Positions 8,084-18,446 of a stretch of DNA of 41,647 bases are shown here, one piece after another. The position numbers and the translations under genes were made by a program. The stretch spans positions 1 through 41,647 of the forward strand of contig CAVIKQ010000001.1 in assembly GCA_963643305.1 (NCBI GenBank), read 5' to 3'. Position 1 is the first letter of the stretch, and each line of letters begins with the position of its first letter. The notes under the pieces were generated by a model. That model was not told the DNA's origin and searched no databases. It saw only the letters and a program-made list of their open reading frames with translations. Source of the stretch: Eggerthellaceae bacterium (lineage in GTDB: Bacteria; Bacteroidota; Bacteroidia; Bacteroidales; UBA932).

Positions 8084-11000
8084 ATGCAAAGTAAAGGAGC
8101 CATAAAGTTTGTGGCAATTTTAATCGCCTTAGCCTGTCTATACCAGTTGTCGTTTACATGGGCTACAAGGGTTCAGGAGAAGAAAGCAGCCAAGTATGCT
8201 GCCGAATATGTGGAAGCAATTCAGAAAACACCGGCGTTTGCAAAGGTTCCGGAGTTAGACAGAGCCTACTTCCTCGATTCTTTGGCAAAAGAGAAGAACA
8301 GACATTACATCGATTCCATCTCTTCGGAAAAAGTCTTTTTGGGATTTACCTACAAAGAGGTTAAAGAGAATGAGATAAACCTTGGATTGGACCTTAGGGG
8401 AGGTATGAACGTCATGCTTCAGGTACAGTTGAGAGATCTTGTAAAAGCTTTGGCCGGAAACAGTAATGATAAAGATTTGAATGATGCAATTGCCCTTGCC
8501 TCAAAGAAGGAGCAGGAGTCTCGTAAAGATTTCCTTACAGCGTTTGAGGAGAGCTGGAACGAAGTTGCTCCAACCAGACCTATGAATCAGGTGTTCGGTA
8601 CATACGAGATGAAGGATAAGATTAATGCAAGGACCACCAACGCAGATGTAATGAAGGTTATCCGTGCTGAATCTGAAAGTGCAATAGCCAACTCATTCCT
8701 TGTACTCAGAAGCCGTATAGACCGTTTTGGCGTTACCCAGCCAAATATTCAGAAGATAGGCAACACAGGAAGAATCCTTGTAGAGCTTCCGGGTGTTAAG
8801 GAGCCTGAGCGTGTTAGAAAACTGCTTCAGGGCTCAGCCTCACTCGAATTCTGGACAACCTACGAAAACGATGAGATTTATCCATACCTGGAGCAGGCCA
8901 ACAATGCAGTAAGAGATTACATTGTAGCAGAAAAGGAGGTTGTTGCCGTTGATTCAACAGCTACAGCCGGAGCAGAGGAGAAAACGGCATCTGTTGAGGA
9001 GTCGCTAATGGCAAAAGATTCTCTCTCTGCAGACAACCAGAAACTTGCAGAGGCAAATCCGCTCTTCTTTATTTTAAGCCCAAGCGTTTATAACGGACAG
9101 CTGGCTCCGGGTCCCGTAATTGGTAGAGCACACTATAAAGACACAGCCCAGATAAATACATATCTCAACCTGCCACAGGTAAAGGCTGTGTTGCCTGTAG
9201 ACCTTAAACCTATGTGGACTGTAAAACCAAGCAATATAGACAACAGCGGAACAATGTATGATTTGGTTGCAATTAAGGCAAATGTAAAGAACGGAAAGGC
9301 TCCTTTAGACGGAGATGCCATTACAGATGCAAGAGTCGCATTCGGACAGGGAGGCAAGAACTCTGCAGAGGTAAACATGTCTATGAACTCAAACGGAGCA
9401 AGAATATGGAGCAGGCTGACCGCAGACAACATTGGCAAGAGTATAGCTGTTGTTTTGGATGGAATGGTTTACTCATATCCTACCGTACAGACAGAGATTA
9501 GCGGTGGTAACTCTCAGATTACCGGTAACTTTACAATCACAGAGGCAGAAGACTTGGCAAACGTGCTTAAATCCGGTAAACTTCCGGCACCTGCAACAAT
9601 AGTTCAGGAGCAGGTTGTAGGACCAAGCTTGGGTTCAGAGTCTATAAATGCCGGTATGATTTCATTTGTCATTGCATTCATACTCGTATTGGCCTATATG
9701 CAGCTCTTCTATCATGGAGCAGGTTTGGTGGCAAACGTAGCCCTGCTATGTAACGTGTTGTTCCTGTTGGGCGCACTTGTGTCATTTGGAGCAGTGCTTA
9801 CATTGCCGGGTATTGCCGGCTTGGTGCTTACAATGGGTATGGCGGTAGATGCCAACGTAATCATTTATGAACGTATCAAGGAGGAGATTAGAGCCGGCAA
9901 GCAGCTCAAACTGGCGGTTAAGGATGGTTACAGCAACGCATATTCTGCAATTATAGATGGTAACTTAACAACCATTATTACAGGTATAGTACTGTTTGCA
10001 TTTGGTTCAGGCCCTGTACAGGGATTTGCAACAACCTTGGTAGTTGGTATTATCACCTCAATGCTTACCTCTATCTTGGTTACAAGGCTAATCTTTGAGG
10101 CCAGACTTGCAAAAGGCAAGAATATTACATTCGACAACAAGTTCTCAAGGAACTTTATGCAGAATACTCATATCAACTTCTTAGGTCTGAGAAAGTATTC
10201 ATATACATTGTCTGCAATTCTATGTATTGTTGCCATAGGTTCAATTACATTCAAGGGATTCAGCTACGGTGTAGATTTTACAGGTGGTAGAACGTATGTC
10301 CTTAGGTTCGACAGGGATGTTACTGCAGAGGAGATTAGAGATGCTGCCAACGCAGAGTTCGGTGAGACTGTAGAGGTAAAACAGTTTGGCGGCGAGAGCC
10401 AGATGAAGATAACCACCAAGTATAAGATAGAGGATAACTCAACAGAGGTAGACAATGAGGTTGAGATGAAGTTGTACAATGCTCTAAAGAGCCATTTTGC
10501 AAAATCAATGACATTTGACGAGTTTACCTCAACACAGGAGAACCCTAACGGTATTGTAAGTTCAGATAAGGTTGGTCCTACAATAGCCAACGATATGAAG
10601 GGAGATTCAATAATAGCTGTTGTATTGTCGCTTCTTGCAATCTTCCTCTATATTGCAGCTCGTTTCCGCAAATGGACATGGGGTGCCGGTGCATTGATTT
10701 CGTTAACACATAACGCCATTATAGTTGTAGGTTTCTTCTCATTGTTCTCCGGAATACTTCCATTCAGTTTGGATGTAGACCAGACATTCATTGCTGCGGT
10801 GCTTACAATTATCGGTTACTCAATTAACGATACAGTGGTTATCTTTGACCGTATCCGTGAGTACAAAGGGCGTTACAGAAGAGACTTCGTTACAAATGTG
10901 AACTCGGCTCTTAACAGCACTTTGGCACGTACAATAAACTCTTCCGGCACCACATTGGTAGTGTTGATAGCAATTGCACTGTTTGGCGGTGAGGTTATCA

Positions 11001-11131
11001 GAGGATTTGCCGTTGCTTTGATAGTTGGTATAGTAGTGGGAGCATATTCATCTGTATTTGTAGCAACTCCATCTATGTATGACATGAGTCGTAAGATAGA
11101 GGAGAAAGCTGCTGCAACAAGCAAGAAATAG
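8084..11131 (+). CDS. secDF: Protein translocase subunit SecDF (fused SecD-SecF)
   Basis: 1015 aa with an N-terminal TM, a large periplasmic domain and two 6-TM blocks. SecD and SecF signatures are present (GLDLRGG, LPGIAGLVLTMGMAVDANVIIYERIKEE, TIIGYSINDTVVIFDRIRE). Confidence 0.95.
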   Translation: MQSKGAIKFVAILIALACLYQLSFTWATRVQEKKAAKYAAEYVEAIQKTPAFAKVPELDRAYFLDSLAKEKNRHYIDSISSEKVFLGFTYKEVKENEINLGLDLRGGMNVMLQVQLRDLVKALAGNSNDKDLNDAIALASKKEQESRKDFLTAFEESWNEVAPTRPMNQVFGTYEMKDKINARTTNADVMKVIRAESESAIANSFLVLRSRIDRFGVTQPNIQKIGNTGRILVELPGVKEPERVRKLLQGSASLEFWTTYENDEIYPYLEQANNAVRDYIVAEKEVVAVDSTATAGAEEKTASVEESLMAKDSLSADNQKLAEANPLFFILSPSVYNGQLAPGPVIGRAHYKDTAQINTYLNLPQVKAVLPVDLKPMWTVKPSNIDNSGTMYDLVAIKANVKNGKAPLDGDAITDARVAFGQGGKNSAEVNMSMNSNGARIWSRLTADNIGKSIAVVLDGMVYSYPTVQTEISGGNSQITGNFTITEAEDLANVLKSGKLPAPATIVQEQVVGPSLGSESINAGMISFVIAFILVLAYMQLFYHGAGLVANVALLCNVLFLLGALVSFGAVLTLPGIAGLVLTMGMAVDANVIIYERIKEEIRAGKQLKLAVKDGYSNAYSAIIDGNLTTIITGIVLFAFGSGPVQGFATTLVVGIITSMLTSILVTRLIFEARLAKGKNITFDNKFSRNFMQNTHINFLGLRKYSYTLSAILCIVAIGSITFKGFSYGVDFTGGRTYVLRFDRDVTAEEIRDAANAEFGETVEVKQFGGESQMKITTKYKIEDNSTEVDNEVEMKLYNALKSHFAKSMTFDEFTSTQENPNGIVSSDKVGPTIANDMKGDSIIAVVLSLLAIFLYIAARFRKWTWGAGALISLTHNAIIVVGFFSLFSGILPFSLDVDQTFIAAVLTIIGYSINDTVVIFDRIREYKGRYRRDFVTNVNSALNSTLARTINSSGTTLVVLIAIALFGGEVIRGFAVALIVGIVVGAYSSVFVATPSMYDMSRKIEEKAAATSKK

Positions 11132-11231
11132 CTGCACGGAAGCAAACCTTTTCCGTAAGCCAAATGAGCAGAGTCAAACCTGTTTGAGCTATGCCATGGC
11201 GAGGAAAAGCTGTGCGGAAGCAACCCTTTTC
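11132..11231 (+). repeat. 78-bp-period repeat element (1.3 units), diverged relative of the array at 30154-30316
   Basis: CTGCACGGAAGCAAACCTTTTC (11132-11153) recurs as CTGTGCGGAAGCAACCCTTTTC (11210-11231), 19/22 identity at a 78-bp offset. The interior shares ordered blocks TAAGCC, GAGCAGAG, CAAA..TTTG and GCTATGCC with the other locus. Confidence 0.6.
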
Positions 11232-11237
11232 ATATGC

Positions 11238-11280
11238 AGAGAGGATGACCGGAGAAGAATCGGTCATCCTCTCTTTATTT
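11238..11280 (+). terminator. Rho-independent terminator of secDF
   Basis: AGAGAGGATGACCG-N9-CGGTCATCCTCTCT (14-bp stem) followed by TTATTT. Confidence 0.75.
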
Positions 11281-11350
11281 ACAGGGATATATTATTTGTA
11301 AGGGTATAACAATAAATACAGTTCCTGTTGATTATTATATATAAATGTGC

Positions 11351-11358
11351 TAATTTTG
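11351..11358 (+). promoter_or_regulatory. -7 promoter box (TAATTTTG) for tnaA
   Basis: Exact TAnnTTTG match 44 nt upstream of the ATG at 11402. Confidence 0.45.
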
Positions 11359-11401
11359 AGAAAAATTAAAATCAAATAAAGTATAAGCATAAAAATTTAT
11401 T

Positions 11402-12781
11402 ATGGAATTACCTTTTGCAGAATCCTACAGAATCAAAATGGTAGAAACTGTTAAGAAATCTACCAGAGAAGAGCGCGAACAGTGGATAAAAGAGGCAAAA
11501 TACAATCTCTTTAATCTTAAAAGCGAACATGTTTACATAGACCTCCTTACAGACTCGGGAACCAATGCAATGAGCGACAAACAGTGGGCAGCCATTATGT
11601 GCGGAGATGAGAGTTATGCAGGTGCCTCCTCTTTCTTTAATATGAAGGAGAGTATCAATGACCTTACCGGATTGGGATACGTATTGCCAACACATCAGGG
11701 AAGAGCCGCAGAGAATGTGCTCTTTAGCGCAATTGTAAAGCCCGGTGACATTCTCCCCGGCAACTCGCATTTTGATACCACAAAAGGGCATATAGAGTTC
11801 AGAAAAGCCCACGCCATTGATTGTACAATAGATGAGGCGGCAGATACAGAGTTGGAGATTCCGTTTAAAGGAAACATGTGCCTCAAAAAGTTGGAGAAGG
11901 TTCTTAAAGAGAATCCAAAAGAGAAGATTCCGGCTGTTGTGCTTACAATTACCAACAACACCGCCGGCGGTCAGCCTGTATCTATGGAGAATATAAGAGG
12001 GGTATCGGCTCTTTGTAAAAAATATGGAGTAAAACTTATGATAGATTCTGCAAGATTTTTGGAGAATGCCTACTTCATAAAGACAAGAGAACCTGAATTC
12101 AAAAATAAATCCATTAGGGAGATTACCCGCGAGGTATATTCTTATGCAGACTATATGACAATGTCTGCAAAGAAAGACGCCATTCTTAACATAGGCGGTT
12201 TTGTTGCATTCCGCAGCGAAGAGGATATGCACAAATGCCAGATGTACAGCATTATGTATGAGGGATATCTCACTTATGGCGGAATGGCCGGCAGAGATAT
12301 GAATGCGCTTGCCCAAGGACTTAAAGAGGGCTCGGATTTCCAATACCTTGAGACACGTATCAAGCAGGTAGAATATTTAGGCAAAAAATTGGATGAATAC
12401 GGTGTCCCATATCAGAAACCTGCCGGAGGTCACGCTATCTTTTTGGATGCCAAGAAGATTCTGACCCATGTTCCAAAAGAGGAGTTTATAGCGCAGACCC
12501 TTGGAGTAGAGCTATATATAGAGGGTGGTATAAGAGGCGTTGAGATTGGGAGCATCCTTGCAGACAGAGATCCCGATACCAGAGAGAACCGTTATCCACG
12601 CTTAGAGCTTTTAAGATTGGCTATTCCAAGACGTGTATATACCAACAACCACATGGACTACATAGCGGCAGCAGTAAAGAATGTGTATGACAGACGTGAG
12701 AAGATAAACCACGGCTATGTGATTACAAAAGAGCTGCCTATAATGAGACACTTTACAATAGAGTTGGCTCCTGCCAAATAG
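11402..12781 (+). CDS. tnaA: Tryptophanase (tryptophan indole-lyase), PLP-dependent beta-eliminating lyase
   Basis: 459 aa with the family motifs YIDLLTDSGTNAMSD, PTHQGRAAE and SAKKDAILNIGG (PLP lysine). HFDTTKGH and DSARFLENAYF match tryptophanase (FDTTQGH, DSARFAENAYF) rather than tyrosine phenol-lyase (FTTTRYH, DATRCVENAYF). Confidence 0.85.
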   Translation: MELPFAESYRIKMVETVKKSTREEREQWIKEAKYNLFNLKSEHVYIDLLTDSGTNAMSDKQWAAIMCGDESYAGASSFFNMKESINDLTGLGYVLPTHQGRAAENVLFSAIVKPGDILPGNSHFDTTKGHIEFRKAHAIDCTIDEAADTELEIPFKGNMCLKKLEKVLKENPKEKIPAVVLTITNNTAGGQPVSMENIRGVSALCKKYGVKLMIDSARFLENAYFIKTREPEFKNKSIREITREVYSYADYMTMSAKKDAILNIGGFVAFRSEEDMHKCQMYSIMYEGYLTYGGMAGRDMNALAQGLKEGSDFQYLETRIKQVEYLGKKLDEYGVPYQKPAGGHAIFLDAKKILTHVPKEEFIAQTLGVELYIEGGIRGVEIGSILADRDPDTRENRYPRLELLRLAIPRRVYTNNHMDYIAAAVKNVYDRREKINHGYVITKELPIMRHFTIELAPAK

Positions 12782-12812
12782 TACGGCGGTTGTCGGCAGA
12801 CAAACATTTAAA

Positions 12813-12856
12813 AAGGGGTGGCCTGTTACTTTTTGGCCGCCCCTTTCGTCTTTTTT
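12813..12856 (+). terminator. Terminator-like hairpin after tnaA, overlapping the 3' end of convergent rnr
   Basis: AAGGGGTGGCC-N11-GGCCGCCCCTT followed by TCGTCTTTTTT. The right arm lies within the last rnr codons. Confidence 0.5.
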
Positions 12857-15066
12857 CTCTTATTCCATTGAGGGTTCCATATAAGCTCATAATCAATCAG
12901 TTTCTGTTCAAGATTCACCCGTGCAACCTTAATCTTAACCCTGTCTCCCAACATGAACTTTTTACGGGTAGATTTGCCGTAGAGCGTAAATGTATCCTCG
13001 TCATAGACGAGATAATCCTCCTTTATGTTGCGGAGCATGACCATCCCCTCTATCTTGGTAGGATCTGCCTCAACATACATTCCCCATTCTGTAATTCCCG
13101 ATATGGTTCCTTCATACTCCTCGCCAACCCTCTCCTGCATATATTCGGCCATCTTGTATTTTATACTGCTCCTCTCTGCCTCCGTTGCAACCTGCTCCCT
13201 TTCTGAAGCCTGCTTGCACAGCTCCTCATACTTCTCCTTGTTAACAGATTTGCCTTTATCCAAATAGTGGGTAAGCAACCTGTGAACCATCATATCGGGA
13301 AGCCTACGTATAGGGGAGGTAAAATGGGTATAGTAGGCAAACCCCAAACCGTAGTGCCCGATATTGTCTGTAGTATATTTTGCTCTTGCCATAGAGCGCA
13401 GGGCAAGAATCTCAATAGGGCCGGCTTCAGGCTTATCCTTAATGCTCTCCAACAGCTTGTTAAGGGCAAGCGCCAATTCGTGGGGGTCTGTAGAGGGGGT
13501 AAGACGGTAACCAAAATGCTTTATGAAATTGCGCAGCTGCTGTATCTTGTCTATATCGGGACAATCATGCACTCTATAAACAAAGGTAGGCTCCTTAATA
13601 CGCATTTTCTTTGTCACAAACTCTGCCACTTTCCTGTTAGCCAGCAACATAAACTCCTCAATAAGCCAGTTGGCCTCAGATGTTACCCTCTGTTGTACAT
13701 CTATAGGCTTGCCGTTGGCGTCAACTATAACCTTCATCTCAGGCCTCTCAAAACTGATTGAGCCGGCAGCAAAACGCTCCTTACGCAGAATAGTTGCTAA
13801 TTTATGCAGTTGCAGAATGGCCATTGCCACCTCCTTATCGGAACGGCGAACCCCCTTTATACGGCGGCCCGTAACCTTTTTAACAACAGGAACAGGGGTA
13901 TCTACCATCTCCCCCATATCATTGGGCACCTTTTTGTATTCATACTCAATGATATTCTCCCCTGCTGTTTCTATCACCTTCTGAGCCTGTTCGTAAGCAA
14001 ATCTCCTGCAAGAATTTATTATTGTACGGCCAAACCATTCATTAACCACCTTACCCGTATCTGTCATCTCAAAAACGGCAGAATAGGTAAGTTTCTCCTC
14101 ATTGGGACGCAACGAGCAGAGATTATTGGAGAGTACCTCCGGCAACATTGGAATAGTCCTGTCTACCAAATAAACAGAGGTTCCCCTCTCAACCGCCTCC
14201 TTATCTACAATCTCTCCCGGCTTAACATAATTGGTAACATCTGCAATATGAACACCAACCTCCCAATTACCGTTGCCCAACTGCTTCAAAGACAACGCAT
14301 CATCAAAATCCTTTGCATCAAACGGGTCTATTGTAAAGGTAAGGGTATCCCTAAAATCCCTCCTCCGCTCAATCTCCTCCTTTGGAATCTCAACAGAAAT
14401 CTTTGCGGCAGCATCCTCAACCTCCTTAGGGAATCTGTATGGAAGCCCATACTCCGTAAGGATAGCATGCATCTCCGTATTGTTATCCCCCGGCTCCCCA
14501 AGTACATCTACAATCTTACCGCTCGGATAATCCTCCCCTCTGCGCCATTCCGTTACTATAACCGCCACCTTTTTGCCATTATCACCAACAGAGAAATCGC
14601 CCCCCGTAACCTTTATATCGTATGGCATTGTACGGCTCTCCACAATCACCCACGCACTATCTCCAACTATCTGTAATATACCAATATGAGGCTTTTTAGA
14701 ACGTTCAACCACCTCAAGAACCTCCCCCTCGCTCTTCAGATCACCCTTCCGCGAAGAACCTTTATACACACCCACTCTAACGGTATCATTGTTAAGCGCG
14801 CCCCTCAGTTTGGAAGCACTCACAAAAATATCGGAATCCCTATCAGGAACTATTATAAACCCGTAACCCTCTCTGTTAAGAGCCACTCTGCCGGTTACCT
14901 CCTCAACAATCCTTACACCCTTTTTCCCTCCCGATAATCCACCTTTTCCTCTTTTCCCTGCCAAAGCAGCACCCCTTTTTCCACCCCTCTTTTCACCCCT
15001 CTTACCATCCCTTTTTCTCTCGGTCTTTCCATGCTTGCCTGTGGCAGCTCTATCTCTTTTTCCCAT
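12826..15066 (-). CDS. rnr: Ribonuclease R (RNase II/VacB family 3'-5' exoribonuclease)
   Basis: 746 aa. Lys/Gly-rich N-terminal tail, cold-shock-like region, RNB catalytic domain (IDPFDAKDFDDALS, HYGLGFAYYTHFTSPIRRLPD) and a C-terminal S1 domain. Confidence 0.93.
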   Translation of the reverse strand: MGKRDRAATGKHGKTERKRDGKRGEKRGGKRGAALAGKRGKGGLSGGKKGVRIVEEVTGRVALNREGYGFIIVPDRDSDIFVSASKLRGALNNDTVRVGVYKGSSRKGDLKSEGEVLEVVERSKKPHIGILQIVGDSAWVIVESRTMPYDIKVTGGDFSVGDNGKKVAVIVTEWRRGEDYPSGKIVDVLGEPGDNNTEMHAILTEYGLPYRFPKEVEDAAAKISVEIPKEEIERRRDFRDTLTFTIDPFDAKDFDDALSLKQLGNGNWEVGVHIADVTNYVKPGEIVDKEAVERGTSVYLVDRTIPMLPEVLSNNLCSLRPNEEKLTYSAVFEMTDTGKVVNEWFGRTIINSCRRFAYEQAQKVIETAGENIIEYEYKKVPNDMGEMVDTPVPVVKKVTGRRIKGVRRSDKEVAMAILQLHKLATILRKERFAAGSISFERPEMKVIVDANGKPIDVQQRVTSEANWLIEEFMLLANRKVAEFVTKKMRIKEPTFVYRVHDCPDIDKIQQLRNFIKHFGYRLTPSTDPHELALALNKLLESIKDKPEAGPIEILALRSMARAKYTTDNIGHYGLGFAYYTHFTSPIRRLPDMMVHRLLTHYLDKGKSVNKEKYEELCKQASEREQVATEAERSSIKYKMAEYMQERVGEEYEGTISGITEWGMYVEADPTKIEGMVMLRNIKEDYLVYDEDTFTLYGKSTRKKFMLGDRVKIKVARVNLEQKLIDYELIWNPQWNKRKKTKGAAKK

Positions 15067-15124
15067 AATTATAAGCGTTTATTGCAACTTGCCAAAATAA
15101 TTGTTAAAATTCAAAACTGCTTTC

Positions 15125-15132
15125 TAAATTTG
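15125..15132 (+). promoter_or_regulatory. -7 promoter box (TAAATTTG) for gpmI
   Basis: Exact TAnnTTTG match about 80 nt upstream of the ATG at 15213. Confidence 0.4.
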
Positions 15133-15212
15133 CGGCGTAGAAAAAACAAACGGCAACTCTTAAGCCAACAGATTTGTTAAAAACTCAATTTGAAGACAAA
15201 AATAAGAATTAT

Positions 15213-16733
15213 ATGGAGAAAAAAGTACTTTTAATGATTCTCGACGGATGGGGAATAGGCAAGCATGACAAATCAAATGCAATCTATACCCAGGGTCAAC
15301 CACACATAGACGCCTTAATAGCAAAATACCCTCACTCACAACTGAGTGCCAGCGGAGAGGATGTGGGACTTCCTGCAGGGCAGATGGGCAACTCGGAGGT
15401 GGGACACCTTAACATAGGAGCCGGAAGAGTAGTTTATCAGGACCTTGTAAAAATAAACAAAGCCTGTAAAGAGAAGACACTGTTAAACAACAGAGAGGTA
15501 AAAGCTGTTTACGACTACGCCAAAGAGAGCGGCAAAGCGCTGCACTTTATGGGGCTGCTATCGGATGGAGGGGTGCATAGCTCTATATATCAGCTGTTTG
15601 CAATGTTAGATATAGCCGCCGAATATGGCTTAAAGGAGGTCTACGTACACTGCTTTATGGATGGGCGCGACACAGACCCCAAGAGCGGTAAAGGCTTTAT
15701 AGAGGCATTGCAGACGCATATACAGAAGAGCACGGGAAAGATAGCCTCTGTTGTGGGCCGTTTTTACGCAATGGACAGAGACAAAAGATGGGAGAGGATA
15801 AAAGAGGCATACGACCTGCTCGTCTACGGTAAAGGAGCATATTTTACCTCTGCCGTTGAGGCAATGGAAGCATCCTACAAAGAGGAGATTACAGACGAGT
15901 TTGTAAAACCGGTTGCAATAGTAGAGGACTCAAAGCCTATAGGACTGCTCAAAGAGGGGGATGCCGTGGTCTTCTTTAATTTCAGAAACGACAGGGCACG
16001 AGAAATAACCTCTGTACTTACACAGGCAGATATGCCTGAATTTGGGATGAAGACAATGCCGTTGTATTACTGCTGTCTTACACCATACGATGACAAGTTT
16101 ACCGGAATAAAGATACTGTTCAACAAAGAGAATGTTAGGCAGACACTTGGAGAGGTGGTAGCCGAAGCCGGAAAGAGACAGCTGAGAATAGCGGAGACAG
16201 AGAAATACGCCCATGTAACATTCTTCTTTAACGGAGGCAGGGAGACCCCGTTTGCCAACGAAGACAGAATATTGGTAAACTCCCCTAAGGTTAAAACATA
16301 CGATCTCAAACCTGAGATGAGTGCTCCTGAGGTTGCCCAAAAACTTATAGATGTGCTCAATACACAGAAAGAGGATCTTATTATCCTTAACTTTGCCAAT
16401 GGCGATATGGTTGGGCATACAGGCGTTTATACCGCCATTGAAAAAGCAGTTGAAACAGTAGACAGATTGGCAGGGGAGGTTGTGGATGTTGCGCGCAAGA
16501 ACAACTACACCGTGCTCATTACGGCAGACCACGGCAACGCAGACCATGCGATAAATGAGGATGGCACCCCTAACACGGCACACTCGCTTAATCCGGTACC
16601 GTTCATTGTAGTAGACAACGATGTAAAATCTGTAAAGAACGGCATCTTGGCAGATATTTCACCTACAATTTTAACCCTTATGGGAATCAAGCAGCCTGAA
16701 GCAATGACGGGGAAGAGCCTTGTTAGTTTATAG
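15213..16733 (+). CDS. gpmI: 2,3-bisphosphoglycerate-independent phosphoglycerate mutase
   Basis: Starts at [14 protein letters not shown]; the ORF-track TTG start at 15174 adds 13 unlikely residues. Contains the motifs [21 protein letters not shown] and GDMVGHTG. Confidence 0.93.
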   Translation: MEKKVLLMILDGWGIGKHDKSNAIYTQGQPHIDALIAKYPHSQLSASGEDVGLPAGQMGNSEVGHLNIGAGRVVYQDLVKINKACKEKTLLNNREVKAVYDYAKESGKALHFMGLLSDGGVHSSIYQLFAMLDIAAEYGLKEVYVHCFMDGRDTDPKSGKGFIEALQTHIQKSTGKIASVVGRFYAMDRDKRWERIKEAYDLLVYGKGAYFTSAVEAMEASYKEEITDEFVKPVAIVEDSKPIGLLKEGDAVVFFNFRNDRAREITSVLTQADMPEFGMKTMPLYYCCLTPYDDKFTGIKILFNKENVRQTLGEVVAEAGKRQLRIAETEKYAHVTFFFNGGRETPFANEDRILVNSPKVKTYDLKPEMSAPEVAQKLIDVLNTQKEDLIILNFANGDMVGHTGVYTAIEKAVETVDRLAGEVVDVARKNNYTVLITADHGNADHAINEDGTPNTAHSLNPVPFIVVDNDVKSVKNGILADISPTILTLMGIKQPEAMTGKSLVSL

Positions 16734-16734
16734 C

Positions 16735-16758
16735 ATTGGCATTGGAATTGGCATTGGC
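16735..16758. repeat. Left arm of a 24-bp imperfect inverted repeat made of (C/A)ATTGG hexamers
   Basis: ATTGGCATTGGAATTGGCATTGGC begins 2 nt after the gpmI stop. It matches the reverse complement of 18563-18586 at 21/24 positions (23/26 if extended to 16733 and 18588). Confidence 0.8.
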
Positions 16759-16984
16759 GCAGACATTGTCCGATGCCGGCGAATAACTATAGAATCTCCA
16801 CCTCTTTCGGGATTGGACAGCAGAAAAAAGTCCGCAAATTGCAGCAATTGTTTGCTTCCGTTTGTGGACTTTACTGTGCTTAAATTATAATTATTTAATG
16901 CGTGTATATGTATACCTTCCCTAAACTATTACTTTTGATGGAACAATAAAATGTTTTGCGAAAGAACTTTGTAGGGGCAATCTC

Positions 16985-18400
16985 CTACGCAAATAAATCC
17001 TCTAATGTTATCTCGCTTTGTACAACCCCGGAGTGTGAGTTCCGACGGACTCCATATGTCGTGACCATAGTAAGATGAACAGCCTTGCGTGTTTTTGTAG
17101 CCTCGATAAACGCACTTTTTTTGTTACGCAGCTCGCGTTCGTAATCAGCATCAATAGTGAACTCAGACAAAGAGTATTTCATCTCGCAGATATTTATCAC
17201 CTGGTCATTGCGGTCTATCAGCAAATCAATTTGTGCTCCTTTGCCATTTTCATCTGCCTCTTTTCTCCATGAATAGATGTTACTCAATACACCTGAAATA
17301 CCCAATCCAGCCTTGATTTGCTGTGTGTGAGCCATACACAGGCGCTCAAAAGCCAAACCGCTCCATGCCCGATGCGTTGCAGAATCTATAGAAATAGACC
17401 AGAAATGCTCGTCATTATTTTTGTTTTGCCGGATAAACTTGAAATAAAAGAGTGTATAGTTATCGACTAATTGATAGATTGCCTGTTTTGTCTTTTTGCC
17501 ATAGCCACTGTATTTTCGTATGAATCCGCAGTATTCCAACTCATCAAGCACCTTACTCAATGCACCGTTGCTCGGCTTGTCGATTGCGGTCATAATCTCC
17601 TCGCGAGCCATACCAACCTTTTTACGGCCAAGAGCGGTTACGACATCTATATATTGCTCCGGTGACCTAAATAACGATGCATAGAGTTGATTAAACTCAT
17701 TTGACAATTTACCATTCTTGGTAAAGAAAATCTTATCAATGTTTTGAGCAAGACTGGGCTCCTTTTCAAGCATACTCCAATAAAAAGGTATGCCTCCCAA
17801 CACCATATAACATTCGGCAATTTGATAACGGTTCATTTCAAGACCTCTGTTTTTAGCAAACATTTCACACTCACGCAAAGTAAACGGCAGAAGTGCTATA
17901 CGCTGTGTAACTCGGTTATGAAGTCCGCCATGGTCGTTAATCACTTTGTTGATAATCCATGATGTGGCAGAACCACAAATAATCAGAACTATATCCTTTC
18001 TGGCCGATGCCCATCCATTCCAGAAATGTTCAAAGGCAGAGATGAAATTTGAACGAGGAGTATCCATCCATGGAAGTTCGTCAAGGAAGATTAATTTTTT
18101 CTCATCTGTCGAATTCTTCAGTAAATGAGATAACAGGCTGAATGCCTCCAGCCATGATTGTGGTATTGGGCAATCGTCGTATCCGGCATCACGAAGTGAA
18201 ATGGCAAAACTGAACAGCTGATCTTTTGTCTTGGCATTGGCCAGACCGGTATGTTGGAATGTAAACTTATAGCCAAATGTTTCACGAATTAGATACGTCT
18301 TACCTACTCGCCTGCGGCCATAGACTGCTATGAATTCCGCATATTCCGACTGTACTGCCGAAAGCAATATTTTCTGCTCTTCTTTTCTTCCGATTATCAT
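16985..18400 (-). CDS. AAA+ ATPase (ATPase_2 type) fused to a DUF234-like C-terminal domain with PD-(D/E)xK nuclease-like residues
   Basis: Start set at MIIGRKEEQ (Met at 18400) because a -7 box lies at 18420-18427. Walker A is VYGRRRVGKTYL and Walker B is LIFLDELPWM. The C-terminus carries GLAFERL ... QIDLLIDRND ... ICEMKY, an E / D / ExK pattern. Confidence 0.8.
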   Translation of the reverse strand: MIIGRKEEQKILLSAVQSEYAEFIAVYGRRRVGKTYLIRETFGYKFTFQHTGLANAKTKDQLFSFAISLRDAGYDDCPIPQSWLEAFSLLSHLLKNSTDEKKLIFLDELPWMDTPRSNFISAFEHFWNGWASARKDIVLIICGSATSWIINKVINDHGGLHNRVTQRIALLPFTLRECEMFAKNRGLEMNRYQIAECYMVLGGIPFYWSMLEKEPSLAQNIDKIFFTKNGKLSNEFNQLYASLFRSPEQYIDVVTALGRKKVGMAREEIMTAIDKPSNGALSKVLDELEYCGFIRKYSGYGKKTKQAIYQLVDNYTLFYFKFIRQNKNNDEHFWSISIDSATHRAWSGLAFERLCMAHTQQIKAGLGISGVLSNIYSWRKEADENGKGAQIDLLIDRNDQVINICEMKYSLSEFTIDADYERELRNKKSAFIEATKTRKAVHLTMVTTYGVRRNSHSGVVQSEITLEDLFA

Positions 18401-18419
18401 AACAATAGATTTTTCACTA

Positions 18420-18427
18420 CAAATATA
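18420..18427 (-). promoter_or_regulatory. -7 promoter box (TATATTTG on the minus strand) for the ATPase gene
   Basis: The plus strand reads CAAATATA, 20 nt upstream of the Met codon at 18400. Confidence 0.45.
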
Positions 18428-18446
18428 GCAAAAACAACTCACATAA

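Noticed and set aside
11408-12343. 311-aa minus-strand ORF
   Set aside because: It is entirely antisense to tnaA, which has unambiguous family motifs. The translation is Cys/Phe/Ile-rich, as expected for a shadow frame.
13804-14676. 290-aa plus-strand ORF, together with other ORFs at 12790-14937 on the plus strand
   Set aside because: They are antisense to RNase R and have no motifs.
15930-16583. 217-aa minus-strand ORF
   Set aside because: Antisense shadow of gpmI.
16735-16758. TGGCA-containing hexamer array as a sigma-54 (-24/-12) promoter
   Set aside because: The spacing and the -12 element (TTGC) do not fit: the array reads TGGCAT-N5-TTGGC. The same array also occurs inverted at the other end of the cassette, which fits a structural repeat better.
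16914-16922. 9-bp direct repeat ACCTTCCCT at 16914-16922 and 18544-18552 as a target-site duplication of the ATPase cassette
   Set aside because: A single 9-mer shared between two spacers of about 250 bp is roughly a 1-in-4 chance event. It is also not positioned symmetrically relative to the inverted repeats.
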